Positions 49,848 to 49,881 of a stretch of 49,881 nucleotides of DNA are shown piece by piece (position 1 is the stretch's first letter; each line of letters starts with the position of its first letter). The DNA comes from Octopus bimaculoides (taxonomy: Eukaryota): contig NC_068996.1 in NCBI RefSeq assembly GCF_001194135.2, positions 4,768,367 to 4,818,247 of the forward strand. The letters run 5' to 3'. Both the position numbers and the translations under genes were made by a program. The notes under the pieces were generated by a model, which had not been told where the DNA came from, searched no databases, and was given only the letters and a program-made list of their open reading frames with translations.

Positions 49848-49881
<34 letters not shown>
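49630..49881 (-). mobile_element. SINE family 2, 3' half running into (GACA)n/(CA)n
   Basis: ttttactcttttacttgtttcagtcatttgactgtaaccatgctggagcaccgcc. Confidence 0.85.

Noticed and set aside
1-49881. CRISPR arrays, rRNA/tRNA genes and prokaryotic defence-like operons
   Set aside because: None seen. The tRNA-like segments are SINE heads, and the tandem repeats lack unique spacers.

Overview
AT-rich eukaryotic (metazoan) genomic DNA. About 5 kb is N-gap, and most gaps are bounded by (TA)n/(CA)n/(GATA)n microsatellites. The SINE, RTE and Penelope repertoire suggests a coleoid cephalopod such as Octopus (inference, no database search). Only one host coding exon is well supported: 2298-2420 on the minus strand, 123 nt, phase 1-1, with canonical splice sites. 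It encodes (G)ESQVYTLGQIGKHIVVSTKL...TRLL(G), a segment of a purine/uridine nucleoside-phosphorylase-like (PNP_UDP_1) domain. The rest is a dense transposon landscape. It includes an R4/Dong-type RLE retrotransposon end inside a (GAA)n tract, a HERO-type end, and two different Penelope-like elements (Neptune-type and a CxCx5C-linker, Hydra-like type). It also includes RTE and L1/Tx1 LINE fragments, several modular tRNA-derived SINE families, a TAA-targeted non-coding retroposon, hAT- and piggyBac-like MITEs, and several long near-perfect foldback hairpins next to (TA)n. CpG is visibly depleted in the left ~18-20 kb and retained to the right. Nearly all long ORFs in the supplied track are artefacts of N-gaps or microsatellites. 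I see no prokaryotic-type system or CRISPR. The best novelty candidates are the orphan PNP-domain exon, the microsatellite-targeted retroelements and the (TA)n-anchored foldback elements.
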